Source: an uncultured delta proteobacterium (GTDB lineage: Bacteria; Myxococcota_A; Polyangia; Polyangiales; Houyiibacteriaceae). From it: a stretch of DNA of 64,000 nucleotides. This document shows positions 19,836-28,779 of the stretch, piece by piece. The DNA is taken from assembly GCA_963699755.1 (NCBI GenBank), contig CAVOVB010000003.1, forward strand, positions 448,001 through 512,000, in the 5' to 3' direction. Position 1 is the stretch's first letter; each line of letters starts with the position of its first letter. The translations under genes and the position numbers were made by a program. The notes beneath the pieces are model-generated. The model made no database searches and was not told where the DNA came from. It saw nothing but the letters and a program-made list of their open reading frames with translations.

Positions 19836-19892
19836 AAACATGAGGAAATGCTCATGTTTGACAAAACATGAGGGAGGCCTCATGTTTGTCAA
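19836..19892. promoter_or_regulatory. Tandem palindromic TetR operators overlapping divergent promoters
   Basis: AAACATGAG-N6-CTCATGTTT occurs twice (19836-19859, 19864-19887); TTGACA on + at 19858-19863 and on - at 19892-19887. Confidence 0.8.
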
Positions 19893-19908
19893 GGCATAGA
19901 CAACCTCG

Positions 19909-20532
19909 ATGGCAAAAAACGAAGAAATTCGGGCGTTCCCACAGCAGGAGCGCAGCCACAAGCGGTACCTGTCGATCCTGAATGCGGCGGCGGAGGTATT
20001 TGCGGAGCGCGGCGTGGAAGCTGCGACCATGCAGGAGATCGCCGAGCGGGCCGACACTTCAATAGGGTCGGTATACCGGTTCTTCGCCGATAAGCAGGCG
20101 CTCTTTCAGGCGGTTCTCGACCGAGTGGCCGCCAACGAGCGCGAGCTGCTCGAGTCGGTCTTCGCTGACGCTTTTGATGAGTCGATTCCGACTCTGATCG
20201 ATCGCGTCATCGACGTGTACGCGGCATTCAACGCGCAAGAGCCTGGCTGGTATGCGATTTGGCGTCACCTCAACCTCCACGCGGCTTCGGACAAGACCGG
20301 CCACACGCCTCGCGATGAGCAGTTGAGGCGCTTGCTGATGTTGGTCGGCTACTACGCGCCCCATTTGGACGAAGCACGGCGCCAGGTGGTCGCGACGACG
20401 GTCCTCGCGTTGCTGACCAGCATGCTGGCCGCCGCAGAGCGTCAGCCGTCGCCGATGCGAGAGCGCCTGCTCGAAGAAACCAAACGCGTTCTGAGACTGT
20501 ACGCGCAGGATTATCTCGCTGGAGGCACCTAG
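19909..20532 (+). CDS. TetR/AcrR family regulator
   Basis: ILNAAAEVFAERG..TMQEIAERA..SIGSVYRFFADK HTH. Confidence 0.93.
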   Translation: MAKNEEIRAFPQQERSHKRYLSILNAAAEVFAERGVEAATMQEIAERADTSIGSVYRFFADKQALFQAVLDRVAANERELLESVFADAFDESIPTLIDRVIDVYAAFNAQEPGWYAIWRHLNLHAASDKTGHTPRDEQLRRLLMLVGYYAPHLDEARRQVVATTVLALLTSMLAAAERQPSPMRERLLEETKRVLRLYAQDYLAGGT

Positions 20533-20786
20533 ATGATGACCAGGGCGTTCTGCCAGTCTGGCCACAGCAGAGCGAGCGCTCGCGTAAACCAACACACCGA
20601 CCACCAAGAGGATCCCATTCCCCACCGAGAACCAGGCGAAGATCAGCGCGTTGCGTTGTCTTCTTGGTGAGGCAGTCACCATTCAGTTCCCGAATTGCGC
20701 AAATCCAAGCTCTCGTGTCGACTTTCTCGAGAACGAAAGAGCGCATCTGAGCTTGTTGTGAGCGGCGGGATTTCGTTCACGGACTC

Positions 20787-20899
20787 TCACACTACTAGCC
20801 TCTGGAACCCCCTCCACTCGGTGAGGAACCCCACAAAGGAGTTCCAACTCCGCGTCGTTCGGGTCACTCAGAAAGCCCGGTCTTTGGACCGGGCTTTCT
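20787..20899. repeat. Junction R4 (variant core TCGGGTCACT 20859-20868)
   Basis: Minus strand encodes VTRTTRSWNSFVGFLTEWRGFQRLVV*; perfect hairpin AGAAAGCCCGGTC-TTTG-GACCGGGCTTTCT. Confidence 0.85.
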
Positions 20900-21065
20900 T
20901 CGTTGTCTTTTGGTACATCCGACCCGCCCACCCCCGCCCGTAATCCTCCCTGCGCGGTGGTCGCTTCGCTCCACCTTGCCGGCGCATTCGCGCCGGGCTT
21001 CGCCCTTCGGGCTCGCGCTGCCGGGGCGCTTGCCGTCTTCGCCCTGCCGGTGGTGCGGGCGGTTT

Positions 21066-21854
21066 CTAGGGACTTCCCCTCGCGCCAACGTGCTCGGTAG
21101 GCTCGAAGTCATCGATGCGGATGTAGTGCAATCGTCCCGGTCCCACCACGCGGCCGTCTGGCTCTGTCCTCTCTTGTTCGCACATGAGCTCGATGTCTCC
21201 GCCTCCTTGCTCCTGGCGGAAGAAGGACCTGCACGGCACATCCAGCGGAAGGCTCTCGCCGTCTCGAATCACGTAGTCATTACAGCTCGTGCTCGTGTAG
21301 TGAGAGAAGGGCGGAACCTCCAACACTCCCCAGGTCTCATGCGCCCGGGTGCCATCCGCCGCCTCCCACTCGCGAGTCCTAGAGCACTCCAGCGGGTCGC
21401 CGAACAAGGAGAGCTCATCGAAGGATCGAGCCACTGGAACGAGCAACTCTTTGATCAAGCCCCCGGCTTCCACGTGAACCTCGAACTCACTGGGAGCATT
21501 TGGATGGAGGTTCATGAAGTTGTAGCAACGGAGACCATCCAACTCGCCTCCCGCCTCGATACGCCAAGGGGCAGTCACTGTAACCTCACCAGCGACATCG
21601 GTGAGAATCAGGCTCGGGTCATAGTCGGCCCAAGATGCTCGGAGGTTCGCAAGCGCCTCGTCGCCGACAATTGGCGAGGCGTCCAGGTTCGGCGAGGAGA
21701 TGCGAACACTTGTGAGAGCACCATCACCTGCCGTGACGCAGACCATCGTTTCCGTCGCCTCGACGACGACCTCGGGCGGTTTCACATCTTCTCCGCAAGC
21801 AACCAACGAAATGAGGACGAAGGCGAGCACGTTGCTCCGTCGGGGCCGGGCCAT
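21066..21854 (-). CDS. Putative lipoprotein (unit 4 cargo)
   Basis: MARPRRSNVLAFVLISLVAC lipobox. Confidence 0.75.
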   Translation of the reverse strand: MARPRRSNVLAFVLISLVACGEDVKPPEVVVEATETMVCVTAGDGALTSVRISSPNLDASPIVGDEALANLRASWADYDPSLILTDVAGEVTVTAPWRIEAGGELDGLRCYNFMNLHPNAPSEFEVHVEAGGLIKELLVPVARSFDELSLFGDPLECSRTREWEAADGTRAHETWGVLEVPPFSHYTSTSCNDYVIRDGESLPLDVPCRSFFRQEQGGGDIELMCEQERTEPDGRVVGPGRLHYIRIDDFEPTEHVGARGSP

Positions 21855-21969
21855 CGCGAGAGAGTACCATTCGGAGAGTCTGGCCGTCGAGCGTCGCTGA
21901 GACGACTGGAAATCAGCCTGGCTGGCCAATGCAGAACGCCCCCACCACGACCGGCAAGACCTGGGTCCC

Positions 21970-22147
21970 TTAACCGGCGGCTCGCAATGCCGCGTGCCTC
22001 GCGCGCCGGCGAAGCCCCTCCCAATCTGTGAGAAACCGAACAACCGCGTTCCAACTTCGCGTACTTGGGGTCACCAAAAAAACAAGGGATTGTGATTCCG
22101 GTCGGAGTCCCTTGGTGCGTTGTGGCAAATATGTGTCACCCGCGTGC
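21970..22147. repeat. Junction R5 (core 22066-22075)
   Basis: Minus strand encodes VTPSTRSWNAVVRFLTDWEGLRRRARHAALRAAG*; ~70 bp right arm shared with R7. Confidence 0.9.
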
Positions 22148-22150
22148 CGC

Positions 22151-22618
22151 TCACCCATCAGGACCCGCGACCTCTGGCGATTGACCCACCGAGCCTTCCA
22201 GCGTCTCTTTGACGCTGATGAGCGCCAACCCGAACTCCCGTGCATTCCGCCTCGCGGCGATGTGCTCCGCAAGCTTTCCCAGCACGGGAATGGGGACGTT
22301 GTACTTGACCTCGAGCGTCAGTACCGAGCCTTCCTCGTGGGGTTCGACCCCGTATGCAAACGTGCTCTCAATCATGCCGATGGTCTGATGCACCGCGCAT
22401 TTGCCCGGAACGTGCTCGACGACCGTAGCCTCTCCATGAAGGAACAGGCCTGCCATCTTGTAGGTCCACGTCTGCTGCTGGCCGGCGCCGCTCCCGATCA
22501 CATCGGCCACTTCGACCATCCCTGGCAGCCATTCGACCAAGTTCATCGGGTCGTCCACGTACGCAAACACTCGATCCGTGGGCGCATGGATCACGATACT
22601 GTTCTTCCAGGAGATCAT
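22151..22618 (-). CDS. SRPBCC/polyketide cyclase family protein
   Basis: SIVIHAPTDRVFAYVDDPMNLVEW N-terminal signature. Confidence 0.85.
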   Translation of the reverse strand: MISWKNSIVIHAPTDRVFAYVDDPMNLVEWLPGMVEVADVIGSGAGQQQTWTYKMAGLFLHGEATVVEHVPGKCAVHQTIGMIESTFAYGVEPHEEGSVLTLEVKYNVPIPVLGKLAEHIAARRNAREFGLALISVKETLEGSVGQSPEVAGPDG

Positions 22619-22984
22619 GTCAGCCGACTCCCGTTCTAGGGGGTCGCCACCGTATGCAACCACCGGATTCTGTTCATGTCTATACGCAATTCTTTATTCG
22701 TTCGAGGCTTCGGCAGGCCTAGCAGTGCATACGAGAGGTTTCGGGGAAGGATCTAGAAGACAACTCCGATTCTCCGCAATTGGGTCACGCGCCCGGACGT
22801 TCCGTGCGTGTTGTAGCAAAGGCCGGAGTGACGAGGGCCGAAGACCCGAGCTCCCGCTGCCACCATCTTCGTGTTCCTCCGGCGCGCTCCGAGGTGATCA
22901 CCCGAAGGCCGTGGATAGACGTCCGGCACGCGGAGCAGGTGGCCAGCCAAGACGCGCCTGTGAAGTGCGGATAGATTCACTCGA

Positions 22985-23431
22985 TTAGTCTAGCTCAGCA
23001 AGTTTCGCGGCGAGCTGCTTCTTTGCCCAACGTTCTGCCTCGATAGGCTTGGAGAAAAGTTGGTAGGGAAACTTCGGTGGCGAGAGCCAAGTCACGGCGG
23101 TCACGACGCCGCGCAGCCATGGGCTCGGTACGATCAACGCGGAGCCCGCATACCACGGAACGCTGAGTTCTCCGAAACGCTTGAGGTGCTCGGCTAACTC
23201 TTTGCGTTGGATGGCCGGCGCCTTGGTGACGTTGGAGAGATCAATGACCCAGGCCATCGGGTAGCGCGCGCGAATCGCCCAGTCTTCGCGTGCCCGAAGA
23301 GATGCCTTAAGCTCTTCGTTGGTGGCTTCCGAAGGAAAGGTCCATCGGTAGATCGGCATGAGGTCGTTCGAGAACCACGGATGGTCGATCTGGATCTGCT
23401 CCGCAGCAGGCTGACCCTTAGCCCTGTCCAT
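22985..23431 (-). CDS. Hypothetical protein (STAS/SEC14-like, myxobacterial type)
   Basis: 'WVIDLS..AIQRK..ALIVPSPWLRGVVTAVTWL.P..YQLF..EAERWA' pattern. Confidence 0.7.
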   Translation of the reverse strand: MDRAKGQPAAEQIQIDHPWFSNDLMPIYRWTFPSEATNEELKASLRAREDWAIRARYPMAWVIDLSNVTKAPAIQRKELAEHLKRFGELSVPWYAGSALIVPSPWLRGVVTAVTWLSPPKFPYQLFSKPIEAERWAKKQLAAKLAELD

Positions 23432-23495
23432 TCGGACAGGATAGCGCTTAAAACCTCACCCTTCCAAAGTGAAGTGGAACTCGACGCCCATCCTC

Positions 23496-23906
23496 TCAAT
23501 CGGGGCGACGAACGCCCAGCTGGGTCTCGACGCGGTGTTGTCGGTGCAATCGGCGTTCGGCCACGCGAGTCACCCGCTCCAGCACATCGCCTTTGCTGGA
23601 GTCGATCGCCAGCATGAGTCTGGCTGTCGCGACGGCGCGAGCGTCAAAGCCCCTCGCCGAATACAGGTACGCTGCGCGCTCATATGCGCGAAGGGCCTCC
23701 GCCTCGTGTCCGATCCGACGCAACAAGTCCCCCTTGCGGTGCGGCCACCGGGGCTCCTCCGGCTTTCGTTTTTCGATGAGCTCGTAGATGTCGAGCGCTT
23801 CGATCATCCCTCCCTGCTCGAGCGCTCGGTTGAGCTCGGCACAAAGATCTATGGTTTTGCTTTCGCTTCTACGGCTCGTTTTGTTGGGGATCAAATGCTT
23901 CCACAT
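23496..23906 (-). CDS. Short TPR-like protein
   Basis: ALDIYELIE..P..PRW....GDLLRRIG...EAL.AY..AA..Y...GF..RA.A helical repeat. Confidence 0.65.
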   Translation of the reverse strand: MWKHLIPNKTSRRSESKTIDLCAELNRALEQGGMIEALDIYELIEKRKPEEPRWPHRKGDLLRRIGHEAEALRAYERAAYLYSARGFDARAVATARLMLAIDSSKGDVLERVTRVAERRLHRQHRVETQLGVRRPD

Positions 23907-24051
23907 GGGACCGACACAAACAGGGGGATCTTCGAGAGAACACCCTTTCGGGACTAGCGTCCACAAGTAATTCTTCCCTCGGGCTCGGCGCGTCCCGTCT
24001 CACGAGGCGCAAAACACTGCCTGAGTAGCTGAACAGACCTTCAACGTTCAC

Positions 24052-25395
24052 CTAGCCGCGTTTCCAAAGCGCTCCAACTCGCTTGAGAAGACCAGGACGA
24101 CTCGGTCCGATCGTTTCACGCGATTCCAGGTTTTCCGCGATGTCGAGTGTACGCCTCGCACTTTCAGTCATGCCCGCTGCGCCGTACACCCGCGCGAGAG
24201 TGCGCCGGAGCTGGGCATCATCGGGGGCGTTTGCGACGGCCTGCTCGGCGCGGCGACGAGCGTGTTTGAGATCGCCTCCGGATGCGAGCAGTGCTTCGGC
24301 GACCCCATGGGCGGCGCGCGCGTCATCAGGTTGTCCGAGCAAGACCTTTTCCCAGGTCTTCGCCGCAGCTTCCCACATGCCGAGGTTCTCCTCATAGGCG
24401 GCCTGCGCCCGGAACGTTGGCGCAAGGCTCCTGTGCATTTCTTGGCTCACCGTTGCCAAGGCGTTCTCGAGGACACTGCAATCCGAGACGATCGAGCTCG
24501 CCAGGCGGAGCGCATTGGTCGCGCCGACCAAGTTCTCCGCCTCGCGTTCGATGATGGCGCTGCGCACCAGTCCTTCGGCACGCACCCGGCTGGCTCCGCG
24601 GGGCGCGCACTCGCGAAGTGCCGTGACGAGGTAATATTCGGCAATCTTTTCTTCTGGGAGAGCCTTTGGGGCGCTGAGGTCCTCTCCCATGAGAGCGCGC
24701 TTCGATGTGCGTGATGCGGGCGCGGAGGCCTGGGCAGGTGGCGGAACCAGCGAGGCTCGACGGACGCCCTCGGAAAGCGCGTCCTCGATCGCATGCGTCT
24801 CTTGTCGATAGAGCAGGTACTCATCGTAGCTCTGTTTGCGCTCCGGGGTGCGAAGCACCTCATAGGCCGCGGATACGCGTTCGCGAACGCGCCGCGTCCC
24901 GAGTCGCGCCGCCATCCGCGCGGCCAACGTGCCCTCCTCGAGCGCTTGTGCCCGATCGTGACCGCGCTCGATGTCGGCTGGGCTGCAGTCCGCATAGAGA
25001 CCGAGGAGTTGATAGTGCGTGAGTCGTTCGAAGCGCTCGAGGAGCCGGGGGGCGGGGGCACGCATCGAGACGAGGTTCCGTTTCGTGCTCATGCGTGTTC
25101 CAGACAGGCGGCGCCCGGGCTCTTCGGAAGCAGCCGTCGAGTCCACTGGCACCTCGTGGTCCCAATGGATCAAGCCCATCGCGGTCAGGCGGTTGAGGAT
25201 CTCCGTGACCGTCCAGGGGTCGAGACCGCAGACATCGACGATCTCGTGGGCCAGCATGACTCCATCGATCCGCGACAGAACGTAGGCGTCCCGCGAGTCG
25301 AGCGACATGGACCGGAGCTTTTCGGATGCCTGATGTACAAGTCGAGGCGCAGGCGGATGCCGAGGCGCGGCGCTGCTTTTGGTCGCTACCTTCAT
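24052..25395 (-). CDS. J-domain-like + TPR protein
   Basis: THYQLLGL...VSAAYEVLRTPERKQSYD J-like helices without HPD; C-terminal TPRs. Confidence 0.75.
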   Translation of the reverse strand: MKVATKSSAAPRHPPAPRLVHQASEKLRSMSLDSRDAYVLSRIDGVMLAHEIVDVCGLDPWTVTEILNRLTAMGLIHWDHEVPVDSTAASEEPGRRLSGTRMSTKRNLVSMRAPAPRLLERFERLTHYQLLGLYADCSPADIERGHDRAQALEEGTLAARMAARLGTRRVRERVSAAYEVLRTPERKQSYDEYLLYRQETHAIEDALSEGVRRASLVPPPAQASAPASRTSKRALMGEDLSAPKALPEEKIAEYYLVTALRECAPRGASRVRAEGLVRSAIIEREAENLVGATNALRLASSIVSDCSVLENALATVSQEMHRSLAPTFRAQAAYEENLGMWEAAAKTWEKVLLGQPDDARAAHGVAEALLASGGDLKHARRRAEQAVANAPDDAQLRRTLARVYGAAGMTESARRTLDIAENLESRETIGPSRPGLLKRVGALWKRG

Positions 25396-25483
25396 TGGGC
25401 GCGAGATTACGAAAACCCGGGCTGGAAGGCCCAAAAAATGGTCGACTTGGTCTTTTCAGTCAGCTAGTTCGACCATAACGACA

Positions 25484-25776
25484 CTGTCGTTCCTCAAAAC
25501 GTTGTCCGTCTCGAGGTGTGAGCCGCGATGATTGCGAAGGTGACCTAGCGGACGGAGCTCAGACCCTCGCGTGCGTTGCTTACGGCTCGACATGCGCGAG
25601 TCGAGCGCGGCAGCCGCCTTGGCCCAACGCGCAGCTGCGCACCGACTGCGGTGGTCGAAGCTCATCGTGCTGACATCCGAAGCCTGTCCCACTCTTCAAT
25701 GAAAGCGGAAAATTGGTTCCAACTTCGCGTCGTTGGGGTCACCATCAAAGCTCGGCTTCGCCCGTGCTTTTTCTTT
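25484..25776. repeat. Junction R6 (core 25734-25743) with ~260 bp left arm shared with R7
   Basis: Minus strand 25742-25662 encodes VTPTTRSWNQFSAFIEEWDRLRMSAR*; imperfect hairpin + T-run follows. Confidence 0.9.
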
Positions 25777-26122
25777 GGACGTGGTCTCCTCGAATCGAGG
25801 GCAGCGGTTATCGGTCACCCAGGTCAACAGGTTGTGTGACAATCTAACTTCGTGCTCAACCTGGGTCGGATCTTCGGGATCTTCGATCTGCTCGGGTGGA
25901 ATCAGCCCCAGGAGTGGTCTATCACGATGCCGCGGTGCGCTGGCTCGCGGATGTGCGGTGCGCCGTGTTCGCGCCGCGGTGATTCACAGTGCCACGTGAC
26001 GATGCCGTGCGATGCCCTGTCGGCGAACCGCCACGGGCAGCCGGCGTCTGAGTTGTTCCTGGGCTCCGATGGCCAGCGCAGTTCGAGGTCGAGGCCCGAT
26101 GATGGAGGCTCCGGTCACGATG

Positions 26123-26860
26123 CTAATCGTCGTGCCCACGGTGCTTGTCGTCGTGCCCACGGTTGCGGCCGTTGTGCCCACGATGCTCGTCGCCGTGCCC
26201 ACGGTTGTGGCCGTTGTACCCACGGTCGCGGCCGTCGTACCCACGATTGTAGCCGTTGTGCCTACGATTGTGGCCGTTGTGCCCACGGTTGTGGCCGTTG
26301 TGCCCACGGTTCTGACCCGGGTACGTCGTGGGCCGGTGGCGTCCGGAGTGATCGTAGCGATGCCCGTAGTACCCGCCCTGACGATAGTGGTGATATGTTC
26401 GATGCTGAACGGTGGCGCCGTAGGGCCTATAGTGCCCGCGAATGTGGTAGTGGTACCCTCCTGAAAACACCCAACGCGGTGCAACGAAACGGTAGCCGTG
26501 TATCGGGCTCACGTAGTGTCCGCCGATCCACACATAGCGGACCCCGCTCCACCACCAATACCCGCCGACCCAGATGGCTCCGGCGTAGGGGACGCGAGGC
26601 CGGACCTCGAACCTGACCGGCGGAGGTGCTGTTTGAACGATCACCCACGACGGCTCGGGCTCCTCGATGATGATGCTCCTTTCGCCCGCAATCGGCTCGA
26701 CGACGACGTAGGCGTCGGGTTGGTTGATCACGAGACCTTGGCCGAGCGCCGTTTGAGGAACGGAGCCGATGAGCAGCAGCGCCAAGAACGCTAGGGGAAC
26801 ATGGATCTGACCCCGAGGCTTGGCGCAACTGACTGTGGTCGTTTTGTGCAGATTCTTCAT
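26123..26860 (-). CDS. YXWGXW-repeat secreted protein with Gly/His/Asn/Arg-rich tail (probably ends at a premature stop)
   Basis: Signal-like N-terminus, APPP..E.RP..P....WVGGYWWW...YVWIGGHY motif, GHNRGHN repeats. Confidence 0.8.
   Translation of the reverse strand: MKNLHKTTTVSCAKPRGQIHVPLAFLALLLIGSVPQTALGQGLVINQPDAYVVVEPIAGERSIIIEEPEPSWVIVQTAPPPVRFEVRPRVPYAGAIWVGGYWWWSGVRYVWIGGHYVSPIHGYRFVAPRWVFSGGYHYHIRGHYRPYGATVQHRTYHHYRQGGYYGHRYDHSGRHRPTTYPGQNRGHNGHNRGHNGHNRRHNGYNRGYDGRDRGYNGHNRGHGDEHRGHNGRNRGHDDKHRGHDD
26126..26310. repeat. 21-bp coding tandem repeat (~9 units)
   Basis: Unit approximately GTGCCCACGGTTGTGGCCGTT; encodes heptads like NGHNRGH on the minus strand. Confidence 0.85.
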
Positions 26861-27011
26861 GACCTCGCTGAGACGGACCTGAGGGCCCGGTTTATTCAGG
26901 AAGGGTTAATTCGTCTCTCAGGGCCTCAGTTGCCACTCGCTCTTGCAGCACCCGGGGGATCCGGAGTGCCCCGACGCGCCCGGTGGGACGTAGGCCCTGC
27001 CGAGTGTTTTC

Positions 27012-27410
27012 GTGTTTGCCGCCGCAGTGCTGACGGGCGTCCTGATTTGGGGCCTTCGTTTGCTCTCGGACGTGCTGAATCAGCCAACAGGCGCCGACGC
27101 GAAGTCCAAAGTAGTCAGCAGGATGCTCGCTGAAAAACCGATCAAGCAGCAAGGCCCGGCAACGTCGCTAGTGCCGAGTTTCAGCAGGGTCACGGGAGCC
27201 CCGGGTGCCACGGTCATCGGGGCATTCTTCGTGGGAGTGAGCTATTGGGCGTTGTTCGGCCTCTTCTTTGGAAAGAACCTTGGCAACCTCGACAAAGTTG
27301 GGGCGCTTGTCGTTTCGGGCACCGCCTTCTTCGCGCGTTACGCGTTCAATCAGCTACGCGCGGTCTTTAGCCGACCCTCGCGAGCACGGTGCGTGTGGTG
27401 TCGCTGCTAG
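27012..27410 (+). CDS. Small membrane hypothetical protein
   Basis: Three hydrophobic segments; fills the gap between two minus-strand genes. Confidence 0.4.
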   Translation: MFAAAVLTGVLIWGLRLLSDVLNQPTGADAKSKVVSRMLAEKPIKQQGPATSLVPSFSRVTGAPGATVIGAFFVGVSYWALFGLFFGKNLGNLDKVGALVVSGTAFFARYAFNQLRAVFSRPSRARCVWCRC

Positions 27411-28108
27411 TTCCCGAGCACCGACCAGAAAGCCGTTCCGACCCAGATTCGAAAGGCAAAGTCGACATCTGAGGTGCCGTTTCCGATGCCGATGGCGGGG
27501 CCGAGCTCGAACAGAAAAAAAGGTGCCACCTTCGGGGCGGCGTTGATCTCGACACCCATGCGAACCATGAGTGGAATGATCCCCCAAGGGTCCACGTCTC
27601 TTGCGAACATCAGGGTAAACGGAATCGTCGCTCCGGTGACCACGCTGACCCGGTCATGCACGTCGATCGAAACGGGAATCGCAAGCTCGGCGCGCACGCC
27701 ACCCATGACCCGCCGATCAAACCGAAAACCGACAGGAGGCACTCGGCCACGGTCACGGTCGCTACCGCCGACCATGGCACCCGGCGTGAACCGAATCCCA
27801 ACATCGGTTGTGGCCTTGGCATGCTTCCTGTTGTGGATATGCCAGCGGAGCGGAGCGTTGAGAGCAAGACCGACGCTCACATCCGAGAACGCGCCTGACC
27901 AATCCCCGTACAACAGCTCGGCGCCGAGTGCCCAGTCCAGCTTGCCTTGCCCCTTGTTCCACCATTCGTAGAACAGGCTCGGCCAACCGACCCCCGTGTT
28001 GTGCACCATGTCGGACTTCAGCCGCTTCCCTCCAATTGTGGACTGCGGACCCGCAAGTGCGGTGCTCGACATGGCAAGCACCAATACAAAAACGGCAACG
28101 GCTCTCAT
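27407..28108 (-). CDS. Putative outer-membrane beta-barrel protein
   Basis: GGAGG RBS, signal peptide (STALA), alternating hydrophobic strands, aromatic-rich C-terminus. Confidence 0.75.
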   Translation of the reverse strand: MRAVAVFVLVLAMSSTALAGPQSTIGGKRLKSDMVHNTGVGWPSLFYEWWNKGQGKLDWALGAELLYGDWSGAFSDVSVGLALNAPLRWHIHNRKHAKATTDVGIRFTPGAMVGGSDRDRGRVPPVGFRFDRRVMGGVRAELAIPVSIDVHDRVSVVTGATIPFTLMFARDVDPWGIIPLMVRMGVEINAAPKVAPFFLFELGPAIGIGNGTSDVDFAFRIWVGTAFWSVLGN

Positions 28109-28372
28109 TGCACCTCCCTCTCGGCCTCCGGTGACCAGACTCTAAGATCCGGGAAGCTCGAGAGCAAAAGTATCGCGAGGGAGTGCCACCCAAAGTGCCA
28201 CTTCAGGGAGATGAAAGAGATGGTAGGCAACGCTCCTTAGCTCCGTCGGCATCCGAATCGCGTGGTTCTAGTCCCTATGTCGATTTTCTCGCGGACGAAA
28301 GAGGGCGTTTGAACGCACTGTGAGCGGTAGGATTTGTTCCCCCAACGATCTCACGCCACGAGCGTCTGGAGC

Positions 28373-28711
28373 CTGTCGTTCCTCAAGACGTCGTCCAGCG
28401 CGAATTTGGGCTGCGATGATCGCGAAGGTGACCCAGCGGACAGAGCTCGGACCCCTACGTACGCTGCCGATGGCTGGACATGCGGGAGTCGAGCGCGGCA
28501 TCGGCCTCAGCCCGGGGCAGCACGCGCAGCCGAGCATCGACTGCCCTCGCCGAAGCTCATCATGCGGCCATCCGAAGCCTGTCCCACTCTTCAATGAAAG
28601 GGGAAAATCGGTTCCAACTTCGCATCGTTGGGGTCACCAAGAAAAAAAGGGATTCTGATTCCGATCGGAGTCCCTTGGTGCGGTGCGGCAAATACGTGTC
28701 ACCCGCTTGCA
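28373..28711. repeat. Junction R7 (core 28629-28638)
   Basis: Minus strand 28637-28560 encodes VTPTMRSWNRFSPFIEEWDRLRMAA*; left arm like R6, right arm like R5 (hairpin AAGGGATTCTGAT-TCCG-ATCGGAGTCCCTT). Confidence 0.9.
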
Positions 28712-28779
28712 CGCTAGAGCTCGCACCTGTTCAGCTTCGCAACACTTTCGGCGTCCTTCTCCATGGCCTCAACCGCGCA

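Noticed and set aside
20533..20682. Short hydrophobic minus-strand ORF start downstream of TetR
   Set aside because: The frame runs antisense deep into tetR and has no recognisable family; at most a fragment.
22753..22790. TGGGTCAC near 22781 as an eroded junction
   Set aside because: The minus strand reads VTQLRRIGVVF* without the conserved residues; too weak to call.
25852..26616. Alternative-frame repeat ORFs (VVPT-, GTTA- and CAHG-rich)
   Set aside because: Products of the 21-bp tandem repeat; only the minus frame with the signal peptide and YXWGXW motif is credible.
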